Numbered from the stretch's first letter, positions 39,944-50,755 are shown. The stretch is DNA of 64,000 nt from Acidimicrobiia bacterium (GCA_965203555.1 CBDBCY010000001.1:28427-92426); one strand, 5' to 3'. Translations and numbers: made by a program. The notes: a model not told the origin generated them from the sequence alone.

Positions 39944-40645
39944 CTAAAACACCAGGATGCGCCGGCAATGCGGACAGCGGGGCGGGTCGCTTTCCCCGGC
40001 CTCCTGGCGTTCCGATTCGGAAAGCGCCAGATGACATCCCCCGCAGGTGCTCCCCTCCAATCGACCCGCCGCCACGCCTCCCCTGTCCCTGCGAAGACTC
40101 TCATACATGTCCATCACTGCCGAGGGCACCGGAAAGGCGAGGCCGTCCCTTTCCGATCTGAGCTTCTCCAACCGGGCGTCCATCTTCTCCCAGGCCTTTC
40201 GAACCACCGCGCCCACCTCACTCTCACGCCTGCGCGCTTCGTCCAGTTCGGCGGACAGAGCTCCCAGCCGGGACTCGGTCCTGTCCCGCTCCTCCATCAG
40301 GTCCAGGGCCTCCGATTCCTGCCGGTCGATTCGAACCCTCAACGACTCGACCTCCAGCCGACGGTTCTCGGTCTCCTTGGAACTCATCCCTCCCCCGAAC
40401 AACTTCTTTTCGGCGATCTCCAGCCTTTCCTCCATGATCTGCAATTCGCCGTTGGCCCGGTTGAAATTCGAGTCGAGGTTCCTCAGGTCATCCGACGCAT
40501 CCCCATGCTGGGATTCGACCGACTTTCTCTGCTCATGCAGTCGCCGTAATTCCTGCAGTTCCGGCAGGGTGACCTTTCGCCGTTCCACGCGATCGATCTC
40601 CAGATCAACGGACTGCAAGGCGACCAGGTCGTACCGAAGACTCAT
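39944..40645 (-). CDS. Coiled-coil protein with C4-type zinc ribbon
   Basis: CGGC...CPHCRRIL; canonical position between nif3 and rnhA. Confidence 0.9.
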   Translation of the reverse strand: MSLRYDLVALQSVDLEIDRVERRKVTLPELQELRRLHEQRKSVESQHGDASDDLRNLDSNFNRANGELQIMEERLEIAEKKLFGGGMSSKETENRRLEVESLRVRIDRQESEALDLMEERDRTESRLGALSAELDEARRRESEVGAVVRKAWEKMDARLEKLRSERDGLAFPVPSAVMDMYESLRRDRGGVAAGRLEGSTCGGCHLALSESERQEAGESDPPRCPHCRRILVF

Positions 40646-40649
40646 CCGA

Positions 40650-41756
40650 TTACCTCCTTACCCGGAACTCAGGACCCGAACCAAGCCCGGTCAGATCAAT
40701 AGCGCGCGGCGCCACCCCCGACACCACTTCGAACAATCTGCGCACACCGGGAGCTTCGGTGGCGGCATGGCCCGGATCGATCACTCCGATGCCCAGCTTC
40801 TCGCCTTCCGCCATCTGATGGTGGGAAACGTCTCCGGTGACCACCATCTCCGCACCGGCCGCCGCGGCGGAAACCAGAAACGATCCTCCCGAACCGGGCA
40901 CGACCGCCACCCTCTGAAACGAACGCCCTTCCACTCCGAGGCAGCGCACCGCCGATACTCCCAACACCTCGAAGATCTGATCAACGAACTGCGGTCCCGT
41001 AACCGGCGCCGGCAGGACTCCTGCCCGTCCCACCATCGGAAGGTTGGCCGACACCGGATAAAGATCGAAAGCCGGCTCCTCGTAGGGATGAGCATCGGCC
41101 AGGGCAGCCACCAGCGCATCCCTACGGGCAGCGGGAGCGATCATCTCCAGACGCACCTCCGGAACTCGATTCTCCTCGTCCGCCACCCCCACCACCGGGG
41201 AGGCGCCTTCCCCGGGCAGGAATGCCCCGGTGCCTTCACTGCGATAGCTGCACCCGCGGTAGTTCCCTATCCGGCCGGCGCCCGCCGAAGCCAGGGCTTC
41301 GGCTACCTCTTCGACATTTCCGGCAGGGACGAAAGTGACCACCTTGACCTGGGCAGAGGTATCCATCGGACCAAATCGACTGACATCCCGAAGGCCCAGG
41401 CCGGCTGCCAGGGAATCCGCCGCTCCACCCGGGCAAACATCGAAAGCAGTGTGAGCAACCGCCAAAGCGACTCCCATCCTCACCAGACGAAAAGCCAGAC
41501 CCTCGGCCCCCCGCACCGCCCGCAGGGTGCGAACCGGCCGGAAAAGGAGAGGGTGATAGGTTACCAGCAGATCAACGGGATCTTTCTCCATCGTCTCCAC
41601 GACCCGGTTGGTCACCTCGTGACACACTCCCGCCGACCTGACCGGCTGGTCAGGATCACCCAGCGTCAAACCGCTCACATCCCAATCAGCGGCCTGATCC
41701 CAGGGAATGGAGGTGGAAAGTTCTTCCAGCGCCGTAGCCACCGAACGTTCAGGCAT
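40650..41756 (-). CDS. Nif3-like dinuclear metal center protein
   Basis: WDVSGL, YHPLLF, HTAFD, HPYEEPA, GD..HH, GHAATE. Confidence 0.92.
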   Translation of the reverse strand: MPERSVATALEELSTSIPWDQAADWDVSGLTLGDPDQPVRSAGVCHEVTNRVVETMEKDPVDLLVTYHPLLFRPVRTLRAVRGAEGLAFRLVRMGVALAVAHTAFDVCPGGAADSLAAGLGLRDVSRFGPMDTSAQVKVVTFVPAGNVEEVAEALASAGAGRIGNYRGCSYRSEGTGAFLPGEGASPVVGVADEENRVPEVRLEMIAPAARRDALVAALADAHPYEEPAFDLYPVSANLPMVGRAGVLPAPVTGPQFVDQIFEVLGVSAVRCLGVEGRSFQRVAVVPGSGGSFLVSAAAAGAEMVVTGDVSHHQMAEGEKLGIGVIDPGHAATEAPGVRRLFEVVSGVAPRAIDLTGLGSGPEFRVRR

Positions 41757-41836
41757 CCGTATGAAAGGCTACCCTGCCGTCAGTCCATCCTGCAGCCGTT
41801 GACGGCAGGCCGGAACCGTGAGGGGGCTTTTCCGGT

Positions 41837-42313
41837 TTAGTCGGCGGAGATCGCTTCGGTGAAGGTCCTTTGGATCTCCGGTTCCGCCTTGAGTATCACC
41901 TGCAATCCCTCTACAACTGTTTTCAGTTCCTCCAGTTCCAGGATGTCCACAACGGCCTGCAAGCGATGGCGCCCAATGCGCCAGAACTGTCCTATCGCCT
42001 CTCGCCCGGCGTCCGTCAATTCGCAGATCACCAATCTCCGGTCGGCGGGATCCGAACGACGAGTGACCAATTCCTTCTCCACCAGACGATCGACAACCGC
42101 TGTCGTAGCCGAAAGCGCCCTCTGGAAATGAATAGCGATGCTGCTCATCCGGAGGGGTCCCATACGTTCCAGCAACACCAACGTCTTGATCTGCGGGATA
42201 GTGATGTCCAGCCCCTCCCAGCCGCCGAGGCGACCGGCGTGAATCTTGCGGTTCAAGTATTCGACCGACTCCATGAATCGGTCGGTCAACTCTTGCTTTT
42301 GGTCGCTAAACAT
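41837..42313 (-). CDS. MarR-family regulator
   Basis: SATTAVVDRLVEKELVTR..DPADRR...LT. Confidence 0.9.
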   Translation of the reverse strand: MFSDQKQELTDRFMESVEYLNRKIHAGRLGGWEGLDITIPQIKTLVLLERMGPLRMSSIAIHFQRALSATTAVVDRLVEKELVTRRSDPADRRLVICELTDAGREAIGQFWRIGRHRLQAVVDILELEELKTVVEGLQVILKAEPEIQRTFTEAISAD

Positions 42314-42529
42314 GCAGATTCCTACCCAGATACGACTTTCTACCTAAGACGATACGAGGGATAATAGATTGATGACAATAGTATGCCGTGGGGATCGATT
42401 GTCATATTAGCATCCCTCTGCGACCTGATTGAGATGACGACCGGGTGCGGCAAAAAAGTCGGGCTTGTCGCCTAATGCTGCTTGGGGATGCCATCTTTTT
42501 AGGTGTGGCTCTGCGGCTGGGATGATCCT

Positions 42530-42725
42530 TCTTTATTAGAGGAAGTCGGAGGGCGACGGTCGTGCCCTGTCCAAGCCCGTCGCTTGCGATTGTGACCTCC
42601 ATGGGCTTCGACAATGGCTCGGGTTATGGGCAGTCCCAGGCCGGTGCCGCCTGTCCCGCGACTGCGAGAGCGGTCGGCGCGGTAGAAGCGGCCGAAGACG
42701 TGGGGAAGGTCTGCGGTGTGGGTGC
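42530..42725 (-). pseudogene. C-terminal remnant of a sensor histidine kinase
   Basis: [34 protein letters not shown], then a shifted [11 protein letters not shown]. Confidence 0.75.
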
Positions 42726-43175
42726 CGATTTGTCCGAGAGGAGTGATCGGGCTCGACATGGCCGCCTTACGAGCCGCTTCTCCGCCGGACTCGGGGCCTT
42801 CAGCGCCGGACTCGCCCTCTTCACGCCCGAAGCCGAATACAGGCAACATGCCCCAAACCACCCCGGCCGCCTGATGGGGAAGCCCTGGTCGGTTAGGCCT
42901 GCCGGTCGGCCGTGTATCAATGCTTCAATGTCGCTTCTCAGCCACCGACCGCATGGGATGTGTCACCGCTCAGCCAAAGGCAGCCGGTGATGGCGCCGCC
43001 CGATGCCGCATATTCGAAAAGACATCGAGAACTCACGGAAAGACCGGAGCAGCTACCTCCAAACCAGAACGAGAAAAGCCCCGATTCCCATCCAAGCTCC
43101 GATTCCGATCCTCGCCCCGAGAGTGGGAGCCGCCCCCCGGAGAAAGCATCCACGCGTTGGCGGGCAACTCCCAAG

Positions 43176-43262
43176 CTAACGACCGTCCCGGCCAGCTATC
43201 CAAATGACAACAACACAGATTCCAAGAGTGATGACCACCCACCCGATGAACACCAGAATCAA
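43176..43262 (-). CDS. 28-aa hydrophobic peptide, candidate type I toxin
   Basis: TTG start, (M)ILVFIGWVVITLGICVVVIWIAGRDGR; SD-like AAAGGGGA 6 nt upstream, paired in a hairpin. Confidence 0.5.
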   Translation of the reverse strand: MILVFIGWVVITLGICVVVIWIAGRDGR

Positions 43263-44034
43263 CTTGTATCCCCTTTCAAAAAGGGAGAGGCGCCCCGCCT
43301 GCAAAGGGCAGGAGACCATACCGCGACCCTGTTGGCCTGGGGCCTCCCACCTTGGGTGGAGGGGGACAGGAGGTTCATGCCCAGCCAGAAAGCGGACTCG
43401 GCGACCATCCCCCTCCATGTGCTCCCTCGGAACAGGGAAAACCCAGGGAAATCTCAGCAGTAGCGGACGAGAAATCGACTCCCACCCCAAATCCCCAGTA
43501 CCGATGACGGCCACCCGACTCCCAACCCGGCAGAGGATCAGTTCCGCTCGAAGTCCACTCTCCCACGCTTCTTCCCGGTTGCGGCAAGGGCGTTAGCCGG
43601 AGCGGGTCTTGGTGGTCTGCCTGCTTGCCGTTTGATGTTGAATAAATGTGCTCGACGATTCCTTCTCAGCGGTAAGTTGCTGGCAGCCCCGGTCTCCCGC
43701 AAAGAGACAACTGGGCTGGGATTCCCACAGAAAACCAGAAGGAATGATAGAGACTTTTAGCCTGCATCCACGATGGTTTGGGGTGGATGGGGGTCAAATG
43801 CCGTGAAGTGCCTTTCTGACCTGGGTTAATAGCAGTTAGTAACAGTCGTCGGTGTCTTACATGATCGTGGCATGGGCACAGAACCGCCAACTAAACAGCG
43901 CAACCGACAGGACCCTCCCGTTTAGCAGCGTGGGTCCATTCTTCTTGGGTTGTTCCTCGGTGCCAAAAGGGACTAGTGGTTCAGTCTAAAACCGAACCAC
44001 GATCTCGGAGGTTAGAGAAGCGCTCTCCACAACG

Positions 44035-44274
44035 TCATGCCGACACCCTCACCTCGAAGCGGGAATCCACGGAGGTTTCGAGAGTGGCTTCCAGGTTGCT
44101 GACACGATTGTCGATATAGTTTCGAAGGTTCTTCTCGACGTTCTCGACTGCCAACTCCAACGTATTGAGCCGTTGATCGAGGCGACCGAACCGTTGCTCC
44201 ATGGCATCGAACCGCTGCTGCAGTCTGGTCTCGAGATCTTCAAGGAATGTTCGGGTTTCGTCACCCACGAGCAA
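44035..44274 (-). CDS. Small coiled-coil protein
   Basis: RFDAMEQRFGRLDQRLNTLE heptads. Confidence 0.55.
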   Translation of the reverse strand: MLVGDETRTFLEDLETRLQQRFDAMEQRFGRLDQRLNTLELAVENVEKNLRNYIDNRVSNLEATLETSVDSRFEVRVSA

Positions 44275-44506
44275 CCCGAACAGAACAATGAGAAATGATG
44301 GTGGTCATAGGCGTGAAACGATAACGCCCCCATTTGCCAACTCGCGGTATCTTGGGGCCTCGCCCTGGGAGGCAGGTAGACGTGAGCTCTGTTTCGTAAT
44401 ATCCCCAGATCGAATTAAATCCCCGCCGTGCGTCCTCTCCGATTAAGGGTGCCGTGTGAGGTCAGCTAATGCCGTTGATGGTTGGATCGTAGCGGTGTGA
44501 GTATTG

Positions 44507-45250
44507 TCATTGTTTGAGGGCAATACCGATCAATTCAGTGGCTCGGCTGGTGGCCAGGTCAATGATTTCATCGTCTCCGATGTTGTTGGCGATTCGGACG
44601 ATCGCTTCTCCCAGCAACCGGATCGATTCGACGAAATCTGCCAGGCCTGCGTTGCGCTTCTGTCCCGTGTCAGAGGAACGCAAACCTTCCAACATCCCGG
44701 ATATAGCGTCCGCCATTTGTTCAACCGCGGAAATAGCTGCGCCATGTCCCTGCGGTATCCCCCTTGCAGAGGGTGCCCTAATCAGTTGCAAGTCCCGGCT
44801 TATTCTGTGTGCATTGTCTACCGCATCTTGAAGACCGGTTTCCATCTGATTGTAAGAAATCCCTGTCTGAGTGCGCCCATCCCAAGCGGCGTTAAGAGAC
44901 TGCACATCCAACACCAGTAGCCTAATTGCATATTCGACGGCCAGTAGCTCCACGAAATACTCATGAGTTTCCTCGGGCCTCGGCGTCGGCGAAACCACTT
45001 GATTCGTGGTTATCGTGGGTTCTGGTGTCGTACTTGTACTTGTGGCTATCCGGGTCGTGCTGGTAGTGGTAGTGGTCAGTGCCGACTCCGGGAGGAGTGT
45101 ACTCAAGTCCCTCTGGCAACCCGCCAATAGAACCACGCAAAGCACTAACACGCCCCCTGGGATGAAGCCTCTTTCCAGCCGCCGACGTACAGCCCAAAGA
45201 ATGAACCCGCTCCCAATCCGCGAGACTCTTTCTCTTTTCACGTTCGACAC
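44507..45250 (-). CDS. Putative lipoprotein (true start probably downstream)
   Basis: LLAGC lipobox, T-rich linker, helical domain. Confidence 0.65.
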   Translation of the reverse strand: MSNVKRERVSRIGSGFILWAVRRRLERGFIPGGVLVLCVVLLAGCQRDLSTLLPESALTTTTTSTTRIATSTSTTPEPTITTNQVVSPTPRPEETHEYFVELLAVEYAIRLLVLDVQSLNAAWDGRTQTGISYNQMETGLQDAVDNAHRISRDLQLIRAPSARGIPQGHGAAISAVEQMADAISGMLEGLRSSDTGQKRNAGLADFVESIRLLGEAIVRIANNIGDDEIIDLATSRATELIGIALKQ

Positions 45251-45774
45251 CCACCAGCATCAACTGGGCGATAATGCAAACACCCCCAGCCAAAACCACT
45301 ATCGGACTTCGGTATGACCGATTTCTTCAGACCCACTGGGCGTTTCATGGCACATCCAAAGGATGTATAGAGATTTTCATGTTTTAAGATAATGTGCTGT
45401 GGATGGCCGCTGCGGTATTGGTTAAGCGGCGGCCCAACCCTGTTTTCCTGCGTTGAATCAAGTCCTCAAAGGGCGTCCCGCATGTCGGTTCTCAAACCAC
45501 AGCGCACGCCACCCACAATCCTTCACACGACACCGGTCCGTCGGTAGTCTTGGCGGGATGCGGATATGGGTGGGCTCGCGACCCTTGTCAGCGGCGCCGA
45601 CGGCGTATGATCGATCCGCCGTCTGTTTGCAGCATCCGGAGTCTCTTCGCAACCAGGGTCAGCCTCTCGGGAGGCGTTTCGAGCCGCTTCGGAGGGGTTC
45701 GCTCACCCGAGAGCCGACCTCCTTCCGCTTACCGGGCTGTTGATGACGACACCACTGTCCGAGATGAACCGTCC

Positions 45775-47670
45775 ATGCATCTAGCCCCGGGCTCGGAGCG
45801 CCGACGGAAAAGGACCGTCCGGGCCGAAGTGGCCGTGGTGGTTGTGGTGATCCTCCTTTTTGTGTTCCGTTTGTTGGCTGGAAACAGTGCGGACCCCATC
45901 TCGATCGGAGAGGTGGCAAGTAGCGCCGTGGAGAGCACGGCGCCTTCTGAGAGTTCGCAGTCTGTCACAACCGATGATCCGCCATCGAGCATTGCGTCGC
46001 CACCTGCGGCAACCACCACCGGTGTCGCACCAAACAATTCTGCCGGTGGGTCTTCTTCGATTCCACCCCTCTCATCCCCCACCACCGCCGCCTCCAGGGA
46101 ATGCCGCGGCGCTGCTTCTCCGTCCGGTCCGGAGGAGACCGCGACCCGGCTGGTTGAAATAGGCGGGAGCGACCCGGTCTCGGTGGCCGTGGCGATCTCA
46201 GAGAACCTTTACCGATGCGCGGATGACGTGGTGGTCGCTGATCCATCCGACTTGCACTCGGCGGCGGTGGCCGCCCAGTTGGCGGTTCACCTCCAATCCC
46301 CGCTTCTCTACTATGCACCGGGTCCGGACTCGGCACAGGTTCTGACCGCCGAATTGCAGCGGCTGGCCCCTGAGCGGGTATGGCTCATGACCGGCATGCC
46401 AGCCTCGGTGGTTACCACCGGAGCGGAGACCTCATGGATGCCTTCCACATCCGGGGAGCTGATCAGATGGATCGAGTCCCGTCACCCCACGGTGCGGATC
46501 GGTTACTACCCGACCACCAACCAGCAGTCCCTTCATTCGCTGGTGATCACCGGAGGAAGCCTGGACATGGTTCTGGCCCCGTTCTTTTGGCCATTCGGTC
46601 CACCGGTGCAGGGCGTCACGATGGGGACCGCCGACCGGCCTCCCGGTTCTTCGCGCCTGTGGCTGGTCGACCCACGGCTGCCTGCGGCCGGATTGGCGAC
46701 AGCCGCGGCGGCATCCTCCCTGGGGGAACGCGCCGTCTACTGGAATCCGGAGGAAGCGGGTGGATGGATCGATGCGGATCGGGTTCTCGATGAGTATGCC
46801 GAGGGTGTGAGAGAGATTTGGACCGTGGGAGAGATCTCCGAAACATCCCGGTGGCTGTTGGAAACCACCCTCGCAGGTAGGGAACTGCCCGGAGGGGGGC
46901 GAATCATGTTCCCCGGTCGGCGCCTGGTGGCGTTCTACGGCGGCGTCAGCACCCCTGCTCTCGGTGTTTTGGGCGAACAGGATCCCCCGGGGGCCTTGGA
47001 ACGCCTGGAGCCTTTTCTCGAGGAATACGCAGCCGACGGAATCATGACCATCCCGACTTTCGAGATAATCACCACCGTCGCCACCGAGCTTCCGGGAAGG
47101 GGCGGCAACTATTCGGCCGGGTATTCCATAGAGGATCTGATGCCCTGGATCGAGTACGCGGCTGAGAAGAACGTCTATGTGGTCCTGGACCTCCAACCAG
47201 GCAGGTCCGACTTTCTGACCCAGGCGCGCCGGTACGAGGATCTGCTCAAGCTGCCCCACGTGGGTCTGGCTCTCGATCCGGAGTGGCGGCTGGGTCCCAA
47301 TCAGGTGCATCTGCGCCAGATAGGGTCCGTGAGGGCCTCGGAAGTGAACTCGGTCAGCAGATGGCTTTCGGACCTGGTCAGAAGAGAGAGGCTGCCACAG
47401 AAGTTATTCATCGTTCACCAGTTCAGGTTGGACATGATCCGCAACCGGGAGTTGATCACCGTTCCACCCGAATTGGCGGTGGTCATCCACATGGACGGCC
47501 AGGGACCGCTTACCACCAAGTACAACACATGGAGCGTGCTCCTGGTCGGCACCGAAGATCGAGAATGGTTCTGGGGCTGGAAGAATTTCTTCGATGAAGA
47601 CGCCCCGTTGGCCACCCCCCAGCAGGTTCTGGTCCTCGAACCCACGCCCGTGTTCGTAAGCTACCAGTAG
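45775..47670 (+). CDS. Surface protein: TM anchor, S/T/P linker, cell-wall-binding repeat 2-like region, C-terminal actinobacterial domain (start uncertain)
   Basis: GGSDPVSVAVAIS..., SPLLY; ELPGGG...LVAFYG, LDLQPGR, LALDPEW, MDGQG, GWKNF. Confidence 0.75.
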   Translation: MHLAPGSERRRKRTVRAEVAVVVVVILLFVFRLLAGNSADPISIGEVASSAVESTAPSESSQSVTTDDPPSSIASPPAATTTGVAPNNSAGGSSSIPPLSSPTTAASRECRGAASPSGPEETATRLVEIGGSDPVSVAVAISENLYRCADDVVVADPSDLHSAAVAAQLAVHLQSPLLYYAPGPDSAQVLTAELQRLAPERVWLMTGMPASVVTTGAETSWMPSTSGELIRWIESRHPTVRIGYYPTTNQQSLHSLVITGGSLDMVLAPFFWPFGPPVQGVTMGTADRPPGSSRLWLVDPRLPAAGLATAAAASSLGERAVYWNPEEAGGWIDADRVLDEYAEGVREIWTVGEISETSRWLLETTLAGRELPGGGRIMFPGRRLVAFYGGVSTPALGVLGEQDPPGALERLEPFLEEYAADGIMTIPTFEIITTVATELPGRGGNYSAGYSIEDLMPWIEYAAEKNVYVVLDLQPGRSDFLTQARRYEDLLKLPHVGLALDPEWRLGPNQVHLRQIGSVRASEVNSVSRWLSDLVRRERLPQKLFIVHQFRLDMIRNRELITVPPELAVVIHMDGQGPLTTKYNTWSVLLVGTEDREWFWGWKNFFDEDAPLATPQQVLVLEPTPVFVSYQ

Positions 47671-47824
47671 GCGGCAGAACACAGCCTACGAGTGGCATGG
47701 CGACCAGTTTGAACCTGATACTGGACGAACCCGACCACCCCAAGGCATTCCACTGACAACCCAGCCTGGGTCCAGCACCCCATTCTCCGCCACACCGGCG
47801 ACCCGGTGTCCCTCGGGATTTGCT

Positions 47825-47830
47825 TAAAAT
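47825..47830 (+). promoter_or_regulatory. Candidate -10 box for S-layer copy A
   Basis: TAAAAT about 21 nt upstream of ATG 47852, inside a GCTTAA-N12-TTAAGC inverted repeat; not present upstream of copy B. Confidence 0.35.
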
Positions 47831-47851
47831 GGTGTGCCCTTAAGCTTACTT

Positions 47852-50031
47852 ATGTTTGCTACTTTCAGCCGTTTCCGGCGTCGGGTGGCGGTGCTGACGG
47901 TGTTGGCGATGATGGCCAGTGTGCTGGTCGCGGTGCCTGTTGCTGCTGCTGATGATCCGAAGGCGGATTACAAGGCGACTTTCGACGCCTGTGGTATGGC
48001 GCCTTCGTCGGGCTTTGAGGATGTTCCGATGAGTCATGCCAACGCTGGTGACATCGACTGCATCGCCTATTACGGGATCACCAAGGGCACCTCGGCCACT
48101 ACGTATTCGCCGTTGATGTCGGTGACCCGTGAGCACATGGCCCTGTTTTTGACCCGTTTGGCCGGCCTGGTGGGCATCGAGGTGGTGTCTGATCCGGATG
48201 ATGCTGGTTTCACCGATGTCGGTGATTTGTCGATGGAGTCGCAGACCGCGATCAATCAGTTGGCCGATCTGGGTATCACCATGGGCACCTCGGCCACCAC
48301 GTATTCGCCTGCGGACAGTGTGACTCGTGGTCAGATGGCGTTGTTTATCTCTCGGTTGATGGACAAGATGACCCCGATGATGGAGAGCAAGACCATGGTG
48401 TACGGTTACACCCCGTCGAAGGTGGTGCCGGTCGAGGACGATGATTCCACCCCCAATAAGGACGAGACCAAGAAGATCGGTTCTCCGTACACGGATTTGG
48501 GTAATGTGACCAAGACCACTTATGACGCGATCACCAACTTGTACGAGTTGGGTGTTGCTTCGGGTATCTCGGACACGGCGTATGGTCCGTCGGCTTTGAT
48601 CACTCGCGCGTCGATGGCCGGTTTCATGGCCGGTGTGTTGGATCATTCCAACGCCCGCCCGGCCGGGATCAGCATCCAGGCCGACAAGACCTGGGCTTCG
48701 GTGGCTTGAGATCCCACGATCGCGGTGTCCTATCGGGGTGACGATTTCATGCCAATGGCGGACGCGTCGATCAAGGTCTTCAACATTAGTGACAGTGAGG
48801 ATACGGATGCTGCCAAGCTCACCGAGGACAACACCTGCGATGATGGCGGATGATTGTTCTTGGAGCGACGCCGAGGATCTGACCGACATGTACGGCAACC
48901 TGTATCTCTCTGGTACCGTGGACGATGGACGGTATGAAGAACACGTACTATGCGTGGATGGGCGCCAAGAACGGCGACAAGTTCGACGCTGACACGTCCA
49001 ATCATGCGATGGTCACGTTGTCCTCGACCAAGGACGCCACCACGTTGAAGGTCACGACCGACATCAACAAGAACTCCAGTGACGGCGCCACTCCTCCTGT
49101 GGCGAACCAGGTGGACATGGACGTTGACAACAGCGTCACTGTCACGGTGCAGCTCACTGACGGCAGCGCCAATGTGGCCAAGTCGGGTGTGAAGATCACC
49201 GTGGGACTGTCGAAGAACACGTTGGTAGGTGCTGACGGCACCACCGACACGTCTGGTACCGTCGAGTTCAACAATCCCGATGCGGCGACGTTGACCACCG
49301 ACGACATGGGGATGGCCACCTACACGGTCACCGGTCCGACAGCAACCAAGAACGATGATCGGGACCGGACCGACACGGTCGACTTCACGGTCCGAAGATC
49401 TGACCGCAGGGACAAAGTGTGATCGATTGGATCGACGCCGACGAGACGTTGACGTCCGGTAAGGGATCGGTGCCCAATTATCTCATCATCAACGACGGGA
49501 AGATAAGCATCCGGGCCTCGGTCAGCTTCTACGACCAGTACGGCAACCCCTCCGGCGTCGGCCACAGGGTCGGCATCACCATCGGTGGCAATACCGCTGC
49601 GGTCAGGCCTGTCAACAGCAGGGGCATGGCCAGCCACCGAGGCTCGGTCGATGCTACGAAGAACTCTGCTATAACGGTGTCCTTCGGCAGATCTCGTGGA
49701 TAAAGACGGCGGTGCCGTTACGGGCGCTCCGGACCGTTGGCAATGAAACGGTGATGCCTGTGTCACATGCTCCGTGACGACAGCACACGCGCTGCCGCGG
49801 ATATTGATGGTGTGTTCGGCGATGACAATCGTTTCCACATCGCAGGTGACCTGTACACCTACGACTCGGACGACACCTTCTTGGACGGTGGCGAAAAGAT
49901 CACCATGGCCGAGTTCGAAACGAAGATCGGCGCCAACCTCGCAACCATAACCACTGCCGCGGAATATTCAGGTTGTGCTCTATGACGACGACGGCACCAG
50001 CATCTTCAGGGTGGTCTCAGACGCCGCCTAA
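47852..50031 (+). CDS. SLH-domain S-layer-like protein, copy A; several apparent frameshifts after ~48700 (pseudogene or consensus artefact)
   Basis: Signal peptide, SLH repeats (FEDV...GITKG...VTREHMA; GITMG...VTRGQMA); homologous pieces continue through different frames to VVLYDDDGTSIFRVVSDAA*. Confidence 0.85.
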
Positions 50032-50051
50032 ACAACCCGTTCTCTAACACA

Positions 50052-50080
50052 GTAGGAGGCCCCCACGAGGGGCCTCCTAC
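50052..50080 (+). terminator. Terminator hairpin after S-layer copy A
   Basis: GTAGGAGGCCCC-loop-GGGGCCTCCTAC. Confidence 0.85.
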
Positions 50081-50223
50081 CTATTTAAAGCTCAGACCGA
50101 CCATCCCTTGGCGTGCGAACCGTGTCCGAGGTTCCCGTGCCATGGGCCTTTGTCCCCCTTGTTGTTGAAGTTCTTCTACAGTCGTGTTATCTGTGTTAGC
50201 GACGATTTAGCGTTGTTTATGAG

Positions 50224-50253
50224 TTGACTTTGGAACGGCGGCAGGCGTATACT
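50224..50253 (+). promoter_or_regulatory. Sigma-A-like promoter
   Basis: TTGACT-N18-TATACT; a paralogous promoter lies at 52636. Confidence 0.6.
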
Positions 50254-50311
50254 GTGTCCAGAAAGGGTTTCTCGAGGGGACCAAAGCGATCCCCTTGAAG
50301 GGGGTGATGGG

Positions 50312-50755
50312 ATGTCGGCAGGAACGTCGATCGCAGAAGAAGACCGGACCGGGGCGGCCGCTACCAAAAGCGACCTTCAAGCGGTGCAGAACCACTTGGA
50401 AGGAAAGATAAGGGACGTAGACGTCAAAGTTGGGAAACTGGAGGGTAGGTTCGAGGGTCTGGAGGGTAGGTTTGAGGGTCTGGAGGGTAGGTTCGAGGGT
50501 CTGGAAGCGAAGTTCGAGGGTAGGTTCCAAGGCTTGGAGGGTAGGTTTGAGGGTCTGGAAGCGAAGTTCGAGGGTAGGTTCGAAGCTGTAGAAGGCAGGA
50601 TTGGGAGTCTGGAAGGCAAGGTCGGGGATCTGACCGGTGAGGTAAGAGAACTGGGTAAACAGATCACCGGTTTACGAGTGTCGATGGCGTGGACCACTGT
50701 GGGTGTGGCCGCCGGCCTGGCAAGTCTGATTACGGTTTTCCAGTTCCTTTCGTAG
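50312..50755 (+). CDS. CCDC90/DUF1640-like (mempromCC) coiled-coil protein with C-terminal TM
   Basis: ATKSDL beta-layer motif, LEGRFEG heptads, terminal hydrophobic helix. Confidence 0.7.
   Translation: MSAGTSIAEEDRTGAAATKSDLQAVQNHLEGKIRDVDVKVGKLEGRFEGLEGRFEGLEGRFEGLEAKFEGRFQGLEGRFEGLEAKFEGRFEAVEGRIGSLEGKVGDLTGEVRELGKQITGLRVSMAWTTVGVAAGLASLITVFQFLS
50438..50587 (+). repeat. In-frame 21-bp tandem repeat (CTGGAGGGTAGGTTYGAGGGT) with 33-bp variants
   Basis: Direct reading. Confidence 0.9.

Noticed and set aside
42770-43010. IS end remnants (CCTGTATTCGG; TGTATCAATG)
   Set aside because: No partner inverted repeat, TSD or transposase fragment could be identified
42320-44030. RNase P RNA (often near nif3-zinc ribbon-rnhA) or a group II intron in the long intergenic region
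   Set aside because: No GAGGAAAGUCC / ACAGAA.CCGGCUUA P4 signatures, no domain V and no RT ORF seen
45400-45470. tRNA-like stretch (GCGGTATTGGTTAAGCG)
   Set aside because: No TTCRA T-loop or acceptor stem; only a GC hairpin
50438-50587. Possible CRISPR array (also 52815..52898 and 12590..12640)
   Set aside because: Contiguous 21-bp in-frame coding repeats with no unique spacers and no cas genes
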